From Antedon mediterranea (taxonomy: Eukaryota > Animalia > Echinodermata), in the NCBI RefSeq assembly GCF_964355755.1, contig NC_092670.1, positions 36,754,388 to 36,818,387 on the forward strand: 64,000 nucleotides of DNA, written 5' to 3'. Under the pieces are notes generated by a model. The model ran no database searches and was not told the DNA's origin. It was given only the letters and a program-made list of their open reading frames with translations. Shown here one piece after another: positions 51,298-62,600 of this stretch. Both the position numbers and the translations under genes were made by a program. Each line of letters starts with the position of its first letter. Positions within the stretch are counted from its first letter, which is position 1.

Positions 51298-52333
51298 CCC
51301 CGACTTTTTTTTCATACATAAGTTGGAGACCCCATGTGAAAGATAGCCGAACTACTTCCTAAATATAACTAAACCTAACCCTCTAAATAATTTTTCTCTC
51401 ACTATAAAGTAAAAGAAGTAGTCAAACCCATACATCGACATGTAAAGGCCATAGTCTTATCCACTCGACTACACAGACGGCTCGACAGAAATCATTTGCA
51501 TTAGCGAATTGTATTTAGCTAAATTCTTACGTCAGTATGAGTAATGAATATTCATGTTTATTTTGTGACGTTTAACGGGAGTCCCCAACTTATTTGTACG
51601 AAAAGAAATATCGCAGTCGGGCCTATGATGCCGATACATCAGACGCACGTTTACAACAATTACCACAATATACCACAATCTACACATACGATCGAACGCC
51701 AACGGTATTCGGAAAACCACATTTCGATAACAATTTGTTTCGACAGTGTTATTTTTTCTTTATTTTGTATTTTGTTTGTACAGTAGGCCTATAGATTCGA
51801 AATAAAAACAATAAACAAGCTAGAAAAACAAGATATGAAAAGTTATTCGCTTTTATAGTGAACATACTACAGTAGACTCCACCTTTGGATCACCCTCCTC
51901 CCCCCCCCCTCCACCCTTTATAGGGTAACTTTCATGAGAGACGGATGCTACACAACCAGGTTAGTAGGCTATGATAATATAATGCATAATTGGCACAGCA
52001 AGTCTACTATTTGATCCGGGCTGAAATCTGATCCTAAGGTATATTTTTCGTCAAGACAGAAAAAATTATACCACCTAACCTAACCAAAACTGTTAAATAC
52101 AATGTTTTTTATTTAAATTCACAGATTTTTCTAAGAACTCGAACTCTTTATCGAATGGTTTAAATTTATTTACAATAATTATTTTCCAAAAGCTGGGACT
52201 TTCCCTTAAGGTGATACGAGGCATGATATACCCTTTCAGGTGCTGCATCTACATCATTTATTCCTTTTAAAGTCTCTGAATAGATGTTTTGGTTAAATAT
52301 TTTTACCACAAAACTATTTTCTAATAATCAAAG

Positions 52334-52682
52334 GAATGCAAATGGGCACCTTGTGTCCATTCGAAGTGAGGAAGAAAACGAGTTTGTTTCAAGACTTTGG
52401 AATTCAGCTACTGACGGATTGGTAACCATGAGAGAATACCACACCTACTGGATTGGTTTGACCGATAAAAACGAAGAGCGTAAATGGAGATGGAGCGACA
52501 CCAATATGTTGACAAACTATACAAACTGGGATTCTGATCAACCAAACAATTGGAAAGGCAACCAAACCTGCGTATCTTTTTGGAACAACCGACATTGTTT
52601 TGGCCTACAAACCACATGGAACGATCTCAAATGTTGTAATGCATTAGGGTATGTGTGCAAACTTCCACAGAATAAATATTAA
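52334..52682 (+). CDS. C-type lectin CRD exon CTL4 (QPN/WND) with no recognisable leader exon of its own
   Basis: Acceptor AATCAAAG|G as in the paralogues; open frame NANGHLVSI...YWIGL...QPN...WND...C to TAA. No signal-peptide exon was found by eye between 50098 and 52334. Confidence 0.7.
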
Positions 52683-52959
52683 CATAATTTGAATAACAGC
52701 ATCTAAACTTGTGCAGAAGTAGGCTACCACCAAATGTGTTAAAGAATCCAAATAGACTTGCTGTAATAACCTCTGTTTGTATAATTATTGTTAATTGTAA
52801 ACCATTTGTCTTTTTGCTAATTATGATTTTGATGAATATGCGGATTTTTATTATGTTAAATATGATAAAAATGTTACAAACATTTCTAAGTACTTTCTAT
52901 TAGTGATGTAGCAAAAATAGATTCCAATACAAAAAAACCAATTTGATGATTTACACCAA

Positions 52960-53650
52960 TTATTTCATTTGTATGACATACACAATTACGTAAGTTACTT
53001 TACAATTGAATGATTCGTGTAGGCCTAACGTAATTTTAATCCGTAAAGTAAACCGTTGTTTTTGCTATAGCAAATGTGTCTGTCGTTAGGTTTAATTAGA
53101 CTGCAAAATTACATGACAGAACCTGTGTAAATATTTTGTGTAAAGTGCCATAAGTAATACAGAAAATAAAAGAAAAGATAACAATGATGGTTCGAGTCAT
53201 ACAATTCCGTTTGCATGACATATCACATAAGTTACTTTACAATTCAATGATTCGTGTAGTAGGCCTAACACGCTTTTAATCCGTAAAGTAAACCGTGGTT
53301 TTATCGCTGTAGCAAATGTGTCTGTCGTTAGATGATCAGGTGTATTTAGACTACAGACTTACACGACAAAACTTGTGTAAGTGGCATAGTTAAAAAAAAG
53401 GAAAGATAACAATGATAGTCGATTAATACAATTCCATTTGCATGACATACACAATCACATAAGTTACTTTACAATTAAATGATTCGTGTAGGCCTAATAT
53501 ACTTTTTAATCCGTAACGTAAACCTTGGTTATTGCTGTAGCAAATGTGTCTGTCGGTGTAAATAATATTGAAGCCATTTTGCTGTACTTCATGTGGAGAT
53601 TAAGTGTCAACCTAAGGAAAATGTAAGTTGCTATGTACACATTACAGGAA
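52960..53650. repeat. ~240-bp tandem unit (about 2.5-3 copies) upstream of CTL5, repeated at 57675-57995 upstream of CTL6
   Basis: Repeats of CATAAGTTACTTTACAATT.AATGATTCGTGTAG(TAG)GCCTAA...TTTTAATCCGTAAAGTAAACC...GCAAATGTGTCTGTCG. Confidence 0.9.
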
Positions 53651-54274
53651 AAAGATTATTTTAAACTAAAGAGAATATCAATGAACGTTGTACTAAGAGC
53701 AGTATAAAGGTACGTGTAAAACAACATCATCTATCATTCATTCATTCAATTTTATTGACAAGGTTTTGCTGAAACCAAACTGGTAAATTTCGTCGAAGAA
53801 ACTGAATGAGTATTTGCATTCTATATTTTTTTATCATTATTGTAATAATCACTGTATCTTATAATTGTTTTTCTCGAAACAAATCACTGTATTACACATT
53901 ATTATGGTTATCAGTATTATGACTTGAAACAATTATTATGATTGAATAAAGTTCACAAGAAACATTAACAGAAATAGTATGCTCCGAGGTTGGCTGTCTC
54001 TTTTACAAAGTTGGCTCTTTCTTGGTACAAGAGATACCACCTGGAAACAATTTTAATTTTTTAACGGATCGTAGGTTTAGCGTACACAATAATGTATAAT
54101 GATTTTATAGATTTTTTTGCCGATTTCGAATATCTATCAAAATGATAATCAATCTGTATCCACAAAAAAACAAAATTTCTATTATATATATTTACTCTTT
54201 ATTTTAGTAAAATGTGTACAACATTATATTATTGAATGTCTTTGTTTTTCTATATAGATCTTTACAAATTCAAA

Positions 54275-56130
54275 ATGAAAGTGATTGTTATGTTCGTGTT
54301 CATCGCAGCAACACTCGCCTACTTCAGAGTCGTGTCATCCATGTCCTATCTTTTGGGTTCCTTACCAATGCAATTGTTACTGAATCTTTGCGGACAAATT
54401 AACTTGGTCAGAAGCTGAGAACAAATGCCAAACTGACACAACCTGGTTTGTACAATTAATAATTATCTGTAAATAAATGCCTACAATTATGCCTCGCCCA
54501 AAAAGACTTCAGTCCGGAGTTAAAATCAGCGATACCTTGAATGCATATTTTAGGTGACATCTTCAGATCTAATATCCACTAAACGTACTCCCGAGTGCAC
54601 CCACCGGCTCATTCCCGATTGCTGAAACTAAAACATTTTAAAAAATTTGCCAAGACTTTATAGATTAGACTCCGATACCTACCGGACAAATTCCAAAGTG
54701 TGCTACCGTCGGACCTATTCCCGATTGTCGATATTTGTTCGTACATAAGTGGGGATCCCTCATGAAACATCACAAAATAAACATGAATAATTCATTAGTC
54801 ATATGTATAAGGTGGGACTTTATGGAAAAAATCGCTGTTCCCGGTTTGGGATTGGTCTGGTATCGATGTGTGTAGCCCATGAGAAGGCAGGTAGAGAATA
54901 CTTAGAAGAAGTAGTTAATTGCTAATGATAATTGTAAGAGCAGAATGAAAACAATATTAAATTTGCTATTAAACCTTAATACAGGGTTGGCATTTATAAG
55001 ATATTTGCGTATATTTTTGCTTAAGCTGAAATATTTAAGAAGTGCTTAATTTATCAAACCGTCTTAGAAGAAGAATTGTCTTACGCCTGCATATTAGCTT
55101 TTTTCTCTTAGCGCCATGGCGGCGCTATAACATTTTCTCTCCGCATTAATCTCTCCCAACAAGAAAGGGCACATTCTGGTTACTAATTTTTTTATTACTT
55201 GAAATAGAGAAAGAGCATAAAAAAAACACATACAAAAATCATTCGCTCAGCTTAAATCAAATCAACATTTATTTATTTTTATCAATGACCGCTACCCTTG
55301 GCAGCTTATACAGATTGCTAAAAGAAAATGCGGGTTAGTCAAATGGTCCTTATACCTATCCCGAAATATTAGTTTGTTCGTTCAATTTCTAGGACATCTT
55401 ACTGGAAGATCGACATCATTATTTAGCGTCCGTGGAGTTTTGCTTAGATACATTAATAAATCTGATTTAAGCAAAATTAAGGACTTAAGGCAAAGTTAAG
55501 ACAAATTTTTGCTAAGCAAGTTTGATAAATCAGGCCCTTGGTCTCTTAATCTCTTAATGTTCGTTTATTTTTCAACAATATTACTTAATTCCTTCTTTCC
55601 TCGAATTTGATTTTTTAATGGGAAAGAAGACAACTTGTGAATAATAATTATTTTAAAACTTTCTCAATAATGAGAGCTAAGTCATTCAATGTTTCGATCA
55701 TTCGACTTTCCTGTTTACAAAATTAATACATCTATTGGTTAATGTGTATTAATGTCTAAATACAACTAAAGCAAAATATCTTTTCAATCAAAGGATTGCA
55801 AAGGGACATCTGGTGTCCATCCGGAGTGAGGAAGAAAACGAATTTGTTTCAAAACTTTGGAATTCAGCTACAGACGGATTAGTAACTCGTAATTCGGGGG
55901 TCACCTACTGGATTGGTTTGACCGATGCAAAAGACGAGGGTAAATGGAGATGGAGCGACACCAATACGTTGGCAACTTATACAAACTGGGATAAGAAGGA
56001 ACCAAACAACAACGGCAACCAAGACTGTGTTACAGTATGGAACCGAAATGGTTTGCAGACGAAATGGGACGATGTACAATGCACGTATGAACACGGAAGT
56101 GTATGCAAGCTTCCACAGAATAATTATTAA
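54275..56130 (+). pseudogene. C-type lectin CTL5: leader exon disrupted, CRD exon (EPN/WDD, mannose-type) intact
   Basis: Exon 54275-54445 has a +1 frameshift near 54315-54325 relative to the paralogues and CGA>TGA at 54381. Exon 55794-56130 is a clean ORF with YWIGL, EPN, QDCV and WDD. Confidence 0.85.
54982..55540. mobile_element. Probable hAT-like MITE in the CTL5 intron
   Basis: CAGGGTTGGCATTTATAA...GCTTAAG at the left and CTAAGCAAGTTTGATAAATCAGGCCCTTG at the right form degenerate TIRs. The segment is absent from the homologous CTL6 intron. Confidence 0.45.
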
Positions 56131-56685
56131 AATATTAATATAGAATTAGATTTTAGTTCAGGATATTGACAAATATTGCGTGAATTTCACAACAAGTAAT
56201 AAATGGATACGATTTCAAGATAACTGTGCTATGATATATTTTTTGTTTAAGGGGGGTGGATTGATGTTGCGTGAATATGTAACTAGTATTGGTTATTGGT
56301 TAAAAAGGCATGTTTGTACCATTTGAACCAAAACACATTTTGCCCAAATACGGTGATATTCCCATATATGGTAGTGATTATCTAACTAACTATCTAACTA
56401 ATTATCCAACTCAATTTAATTATTAAACAGGGTTACATTAGGTGGTTAAAATCTGTACCGAAAGTACGAACCAACTTTATATACCATCGAGTAAACATTC
56501 TTGAAGTAACGCGTGATTTACCGAATTTTGCACTTACGTAAATTTATATATAGAAACCTCAATTCGTTTTAATTGTCAATAACTTAAATTTATATAATTA
56601 TAATAATATAATTTATTAATTATAGATAACAGACAAACATCGAAAAGTCTCGAAATAACTACGGACATGGGACAAGTCTAGCATT

Positions 56686-57015
56686 GTGTTGACTTTTAAA
56701 GCACTTTTTTTCAACCAATCTACTTACATCCGTCAATTAATCACCTTTTATGTTCTTGGACGGACTCTTAGATCATCTGATGATGTTTTATTCTCTGTTC
56801 CACGCATAGCCACTAAAACCTTTGGTCATAGATCGTTTTCTTGTTCAGCACCCAAACTCTGGAATTCACTCCCCCCACAAATTAAACACTGCTTTTCTGT
56901 TGCCTTATTCAAAAAATTGCTCAAAACTCATTTTTTCGACCACTAACATGCCCAGCGCCTTTGATTTTGTACCTCGGTTTTTTAATTGACGCTTTATAAA
57001 TATTGATATAATAGT
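56686..57015 (+). mobile_element. 3' end of an L2/CR1-clade LINE (ORF2 C-terminus plus tail)
   Basis: LRSSD...GHRSFSCSAPKLWNSLP..IK..FS...FKKLLKTHFF is the typical L2/CR1 ORF2 C-terminal motif, followed by CAGCGCCTTTGA...GACGCTTTATAAAT. Confidence 0.85.
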
Positions 57016-57399
57016 AACAATAATAGGCCTACCAGTATTCCGCAGCATAGCCTGATTATTGTAAGTTATCTCCATCGATGTAGATATAAACAAATAAACT
57101 GTGTAAAATAAAATGGAAGTTTTACAAATACACCTAAAAGTAGATACCCTTTTGGGCTGGCCCACACTTCTGGTTTCAGAATGCATTTACATAGAAGTCT
57201 TATTGAAGCTTTGTTTCCACGCAGCATATTGACATAGGCATAACGCAAGTGATCTGGTTTTATTTGTAATGTTTTGGGGTTCTAAACTAGACAGAAATTT
57301 GAATAATGAATCTTTTTTTGTAATAATTGTGATTTTTGAATAAAAGTATCACGTGGGCTTTATGTTAGGCGTGATGCAGACCGGTGTAAATCTTTTGTG

Positions 57400-57667
57400 T
57401 TTTTTTTTTGTTCATTTTTTAGGCAAATTGCCAAGGATAACCGCAAGTGAACTTAATCACTATCCTTCTCTCAAAGGTGGCAATCTTGTTCACAAGACAA
57501 ACATATACACAAGATGCTCTACATACACAAAGACTTAATTACAAGTCTATGGGAGTGGAGTTGCAAATTGTCATGACAAAAAATCCTGAAATATGACAGG
57601 ACTTGAAACCAGTACCCTTGGATTGGTAGCCAAGCATCATAACCACCAAGCCACAACTCCACTCCAC
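57400..57667 (-). mobile_element. tRNA-derived SINE (same family as 46719-46950)
   Basis: Reverse complement matches GTGGAGTTGTGGCTTGGTGGTTATGATGCTTGGCTACCAATCCAAGGGT...ATCCTTGGCAAT.TGCCTAAAAAATGAA. Confidence 0.85.
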
Positions 57668-58098
57668 TAATTAATACAGAAAAAAAAGATAACAATGATG
57701 GTTCGGGTCATACAATTCCATTTGCATGACATACAAAATCACATAAGTTACTTTACAATTGAATGATTCGTGTAGTAGGCCTAACACGCTTTTAATCCGT
57801 AAAGTAAACCGTGGTTATCGCTGTAGCAAATGTGTCTGTCGTTAGATGATCAGGTTTATTTAAACTACAGACTTAAATAACAGAACTAAATTACTGTGTA
57901 AATAATATTGCCGCAACTTTGCTGTACTTCATGTGGAGATTAAGTGTCAACCTAAAGAAAATTAAAGTCGTTATGTGCACATTACAGGAAAAAAACAAAT
58001 AAATTGCGATTATATATGTTTTAGTAAACACAATATTATATTGAATTTTTCAAAATCCTTTTGTGGGTGTTTTCTATATAGACTTCTACAACCGGAAA

Positions 58099-59006
58099 AT
58101 GAAGGAAATGATTGTTTTGTTCGTGCTTATCGCTACACTATCTACTGTAGAGTCGTGTCAACCATGTCCTATATTTTGGGTTCGATACCAAGGCAATTGT
58201 TACCGAATATTTGCGGAAACATTAACTTGGTCAGAAGCTTAGAACAAATGCCAAAAATACACAACCTGGTTTGTATAAATAATTTATTTATAATCGGTAA
58301 AACTAGGGCTACAATTATGCCTCGCCCACCCGATTCTGTAGCTGTTAGTAGGCCTACGCTCAGTGTGGAAGACTGCCGACAGTCTACCAGAGACCTATCT
58401 GACTGTATTAAGTACTTTTAATACACGATATCACTATCATTAGATCGTATGTGAAGACATGGTTACTTAACTTAATTATTTCTTTTCTTAAATTTGAATG
58501 GGGAGAAAGGCAACTTATGAATAATAATTACTCTAAAACTTACTCAATAAAGAGATTGTAGTCATCAACGTTTCGATATTATAAATCAAGTTTAGTTTTA
58601 TATACAAAATGAGTACATCTATTAGAATGTTTATTAATGTATAAAACTACAGCAAAGTACCTTTTTAATCAAAGGATTGCAAAAGGACATCTGGTGTCCA
58701 TCCGGAGTGAGGAGGAAGAAAACGAATTTGTTTCAAGACTTTGGAATTCAGCTACTGACGGATTGGTAACTCGTGGATCGGCTACCTACTGGATTGGTTT
58801 AACTGATGCAAAAGACGAGGGTAAATGGAGATGGAGCGACACCAATCAGTTGGCAACTTATACAAACTGGGATAAAAATCAAACTGACAATGCAGGTGGT
58901 AACCAGACTGTGCTACAGTGGAACCTAAATGGTTTACAGACGAAATGGGACGATGGCAATTGCCAGGGCGCAGATATGTGTTCAAACTTCCACAGAATAA
59001 ATACTA
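58099..59006 (+). pseudogene. C-type lectin CTL6 pseudogene (duplicate of the CTL5 unit)
   Basis: Exon 58099-58268 has GAG>TAG at 58240. The exon starting at 58675 has QTD in place of QPD/EPN, small deletions around NQDC.TVW and a further frameshift before the last Cys. Confidence 0.88.
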
Positions 59007-59199
59007 AAATGTTGATTTATTATAAATAAAAGTTACTTACTAAAAATAGTTAGTGCATTTCACCTATTTATAGGCCTATATTTCACAATAAATGGATACG
59101 ATAGAATGATAACTGTTTTTTGTGTTTTTGTCCTTGGTTATAGGTTAAATCAATGTTTGTATAATAGAAATAATATTACAAATGTCAATGTTATTAACT

Positions 59200-59660
59200 T
59201 TCGTATACAGCACCTTCAGCATCAGGTTTGCAACATTGATATTTCTAAATGCTTTGAAGCCAAAATGAGATGAGTCTACAATGCTAAGAAATCATCTTGT
59301 ATGATAGTCTGCCCTAAGTCACGTAGGATTCAATTGAAAGCTTTTATTACCAGCCAATGGCAACAGCTTGATTCAACCAATGTCTGGTCATGTTATCTCT
59401 TTGGATCTAGATGATTCAATTCTAAACTCTTTAATCATCCCACACGAGGCAATTCAAATAAAAAGTTGATGATTTAGATATGAACTGGCAATACAGATAT
59501 TTGTGCATCAGAGCCAACTCATTGGTCAGGAAATATAGCATGTGTTCTTTCGATGTGGAATGTGTTTTATTTTAAAAAAAATATAATATGTATTGTGCTA
59601 CATTATGGTGCAACTTTAATCAGGGTACCTTACAATCTCTTCAGTAACAATAATGGGCAA
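59200..59660 (+). mobile_element. Decayed non-LTR retrotransposon RT fragment (RTE-X-like); continues at 63025-63140 after the foldback insertion
   Basis: Frameshifted translation gives APSASGLQ..., YNAKKSSCM, GHVISLDL, LWCNF...NNGQ, then after the insertion RKLL...STSLMF...SFYEYLRK. Confidence 0.6.
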
Positions 59661-62600
59661 TAGGCTAGTCAATCTAGCAAAAAAAACAGCCCAAAGTGAA
59701 ACAAATTGCAAACAGAGATTTTTCTTTTTTAAATGGTCATATATGATGAGGAGATCAAAATTTGAGCATCACACCTCTGTCACTCATCCCGATGATATGA
59801 AAATTAGCTTAAATATGCAAATTAGGGTGAAATTACAACGTTACCATATCTCAAAAACGACTAGTCCGAGAGAGTTGATTTTTTCACTGATCTATTCAAA
59901 ATGTATATATTTATATTTACTCTAATGAAACATTTTACGAAAAAATGACCGGAAGTACAACATTTGACCTTCGACCCCATTTCTCAATGTTTGCATATAC
60001 AATGTGACTAAAATGTCTGTAGAGACTTTATTTTGCCCTCAAATGACCCAGACATAGGTTCCTAATAGCCAGCATAGGATCACTTTGTAATTCCCAAAAT
60101 CACACCTTTGTCACACACCTCGAAAGTATGCAAATTAGTAGTACAATTTAAATAAAATATGCAAATAAGGGGAAAAAATTACAGTTTTCCTATATCTCGA
60201 AAACCACTAATGCTAGAGAGCTGATTTTTTCACAGCCGTATTCAAAATGTACATATTTCTATTTGCTCCAATGAAACATTTTACAAAAAATTTACCGGAA
60301 ATATGACATTTGACCCTCGACCCCATTTCTCAATATTGCATATATAAATGAAACTAAAATGTCTGTAGAGACTTTGTTTTGCCCTCAAATGACTCCGATA
60401 CAGGTTTCTAATAGCCAACATAGGACTGTTTAGTAGATCTCAAAATCACACCTGTATCACTCACCTCCAAAGTATGCAAATTATTAGTACAAGTTACATG
60501 AAATATGCAAATTAGAGGGTGAAATTAAAGGTTCCTATATATCGAAAACCACTAAGGCTAGAGAGTTGATTTTTTCAATAACTTGTTCAGAATGTACATA
60601 TTTATATTTACTCTAATGAAACATTTTACGATAAAATGACCGGAAATACAACAATTGACCCTCAACCCCATTTATTAATGTTTGCATACATAATGCGACT
60701 AAAATGTCTGTAGAGACTTTGTTTTGGACTCAAATAACTCGGATACATGTTTCCTATAGTCAGCATAGGACCGCTTTGTAATTCCCAAAATCACGCCTTC
60801 GTTTTGGCATGGTTGGAATTCCCTTTTTTCGTATTAGTTTATGTACAGCGCTTAGAGGTTACACAACATTAGGCGCTATATAAATCCAGGATATTATTAT
60901 TATTATTTCTCAATATTTGCATATAATGCAACTAAAATGTATGTACAGACTTTGTTTTGGCCTCAAATGACTCGGATACAGGTTTTATATAGCCAGTATA
61001 AGTCAAGCACCTCGAAAGTATGCAAATTAGTAGTACAAGCTATATGAAATATGCAAATTACAGTGAATTGCCTTATGTATCTCGAAAACGTTAATGACCG
61101 AGAGAGAGAGATATGGCAACTTTCTTGTACTACTGATTTGCATACTTTCAAGCGAAGTAACAGAGGTGTGATTTTGAGAATTACTAAACAGTTCTATGCT
61201 GGCTATAGAAAACCTGTATCTGGGTCATTATTGAAAAAAAAAAATTATCGAAAGTATGACATTTGACCCTCGAACCTATTTCTCAATATTTGCATATAAT
61301 GCAACTAAAATGTATGTACATACTTTGTTTTGGCCTCAAATGACTTGGATACAGGTTTTATATAGCCAGTATAGGATCGTTTAGTAATTCCAAAAGTCAA
61401 GCAACTCGAAAGTATGCAAATTATTAGTACAAGTTATATGAAATATGCAAATTACAGCCTTATGTATCTCGAAAAACGCTAATAACCGATAGAGATATGG
61501 CAACTTTCACCTCTTGTACTACTAATTTGCATATTTTCTAGGGAAGTAACAAATGTGTGATTTTGAGAATTACTACAGTTCTATGTTGGCTATAGAAAAC
61601 CTGTATCTGAGTCATTTGAGGCCAAAACAGTCTGTACAGATATTTTAGTTGAATTATATGAAAATATTGAGAAATAGGGTCAACGGTCAAATGTCATAAT
61701 TCAATCGAGACAATTTTTGCATAAAATGTTTCATTACAGCGAATATAAATATGTACATTCTGAATCAACTCTGAATTCAAATCAACTCTCTAGCATTAAT
61801 GGTTTTCGAGATATGGGAAGACTGTAATTTCACCCCTAATTTGCATATTTCATGTAACTTGTACTAATAATTTGCATACTTTCAAGGTATGTGACAAAGA
61901 TGTGATTTTGGGAATTACAAAGAGGTCCTATGCTGACAATAGGAAAACTGTATCCGAGTCATTTGAGTCCAAAAAAATTATCTACAGACATTTTAGTCGC
62001 ATTATGTATGCAAACATTGATAAATAGGGTCAAGGGTCAATTGTTGTATTTCCGGTCATTTTTTCGTAAAATGTTTCATTGGAGCAAATATAAATATGTA
62101 CATTCTGAACAAGTTTTTGAAAAAATCAACTCTCTACCTTAGCGGTTTTCGATACATATAGGAACCTGTAATTTCACCCCCTAATTTGCATATTTCATGT
62201 AACTTGTACTAATAATTTGCATACTTTGAAGGTGAGTGATACAGGTGTGATTTTGAGATTTACTAAACATTCCTATGTTGGCTATTAGAAACCTGTATCC
62301 GAGTCATTTGAGGGCAAAACAAAGTCTCTACAGACATTTTAGTTTTCATTATATATGCAATATTGAGAAATGGGGTCGAGGGTCAAATGTTATAGTTCCG
62401 GGCATTTTTTTGTAAAATGTCTCATTACAGCAAATATAAATATATACATTTTAAATATTTTAGTGAAAAAATCAACACTCTAGCATTAGCGGTTTTCGAG
62501 ATATGGCAACGGTGTAATTTCACTCCCTAATTTGCATATTTAATATTACTTGTACTACTAATTTGCATACTTTCGAGGTGCGTGACGAAGTTGTGATTTT

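Noticed and set aside
54381-54383. In-frame TGA as possible selenocysteine or read-through in CTL5
   Set aside because: It replaces a conserved Arg (CGA, a CpG transition), not Cys, and an upstream frameshift already breaks the exon.
59653-62142. Short ORFs inside the foldback element as transposase remnants
   Set aside because: They are translations of the non-coding tandem units, with no DDE, helicase or zinc-finger motifs.
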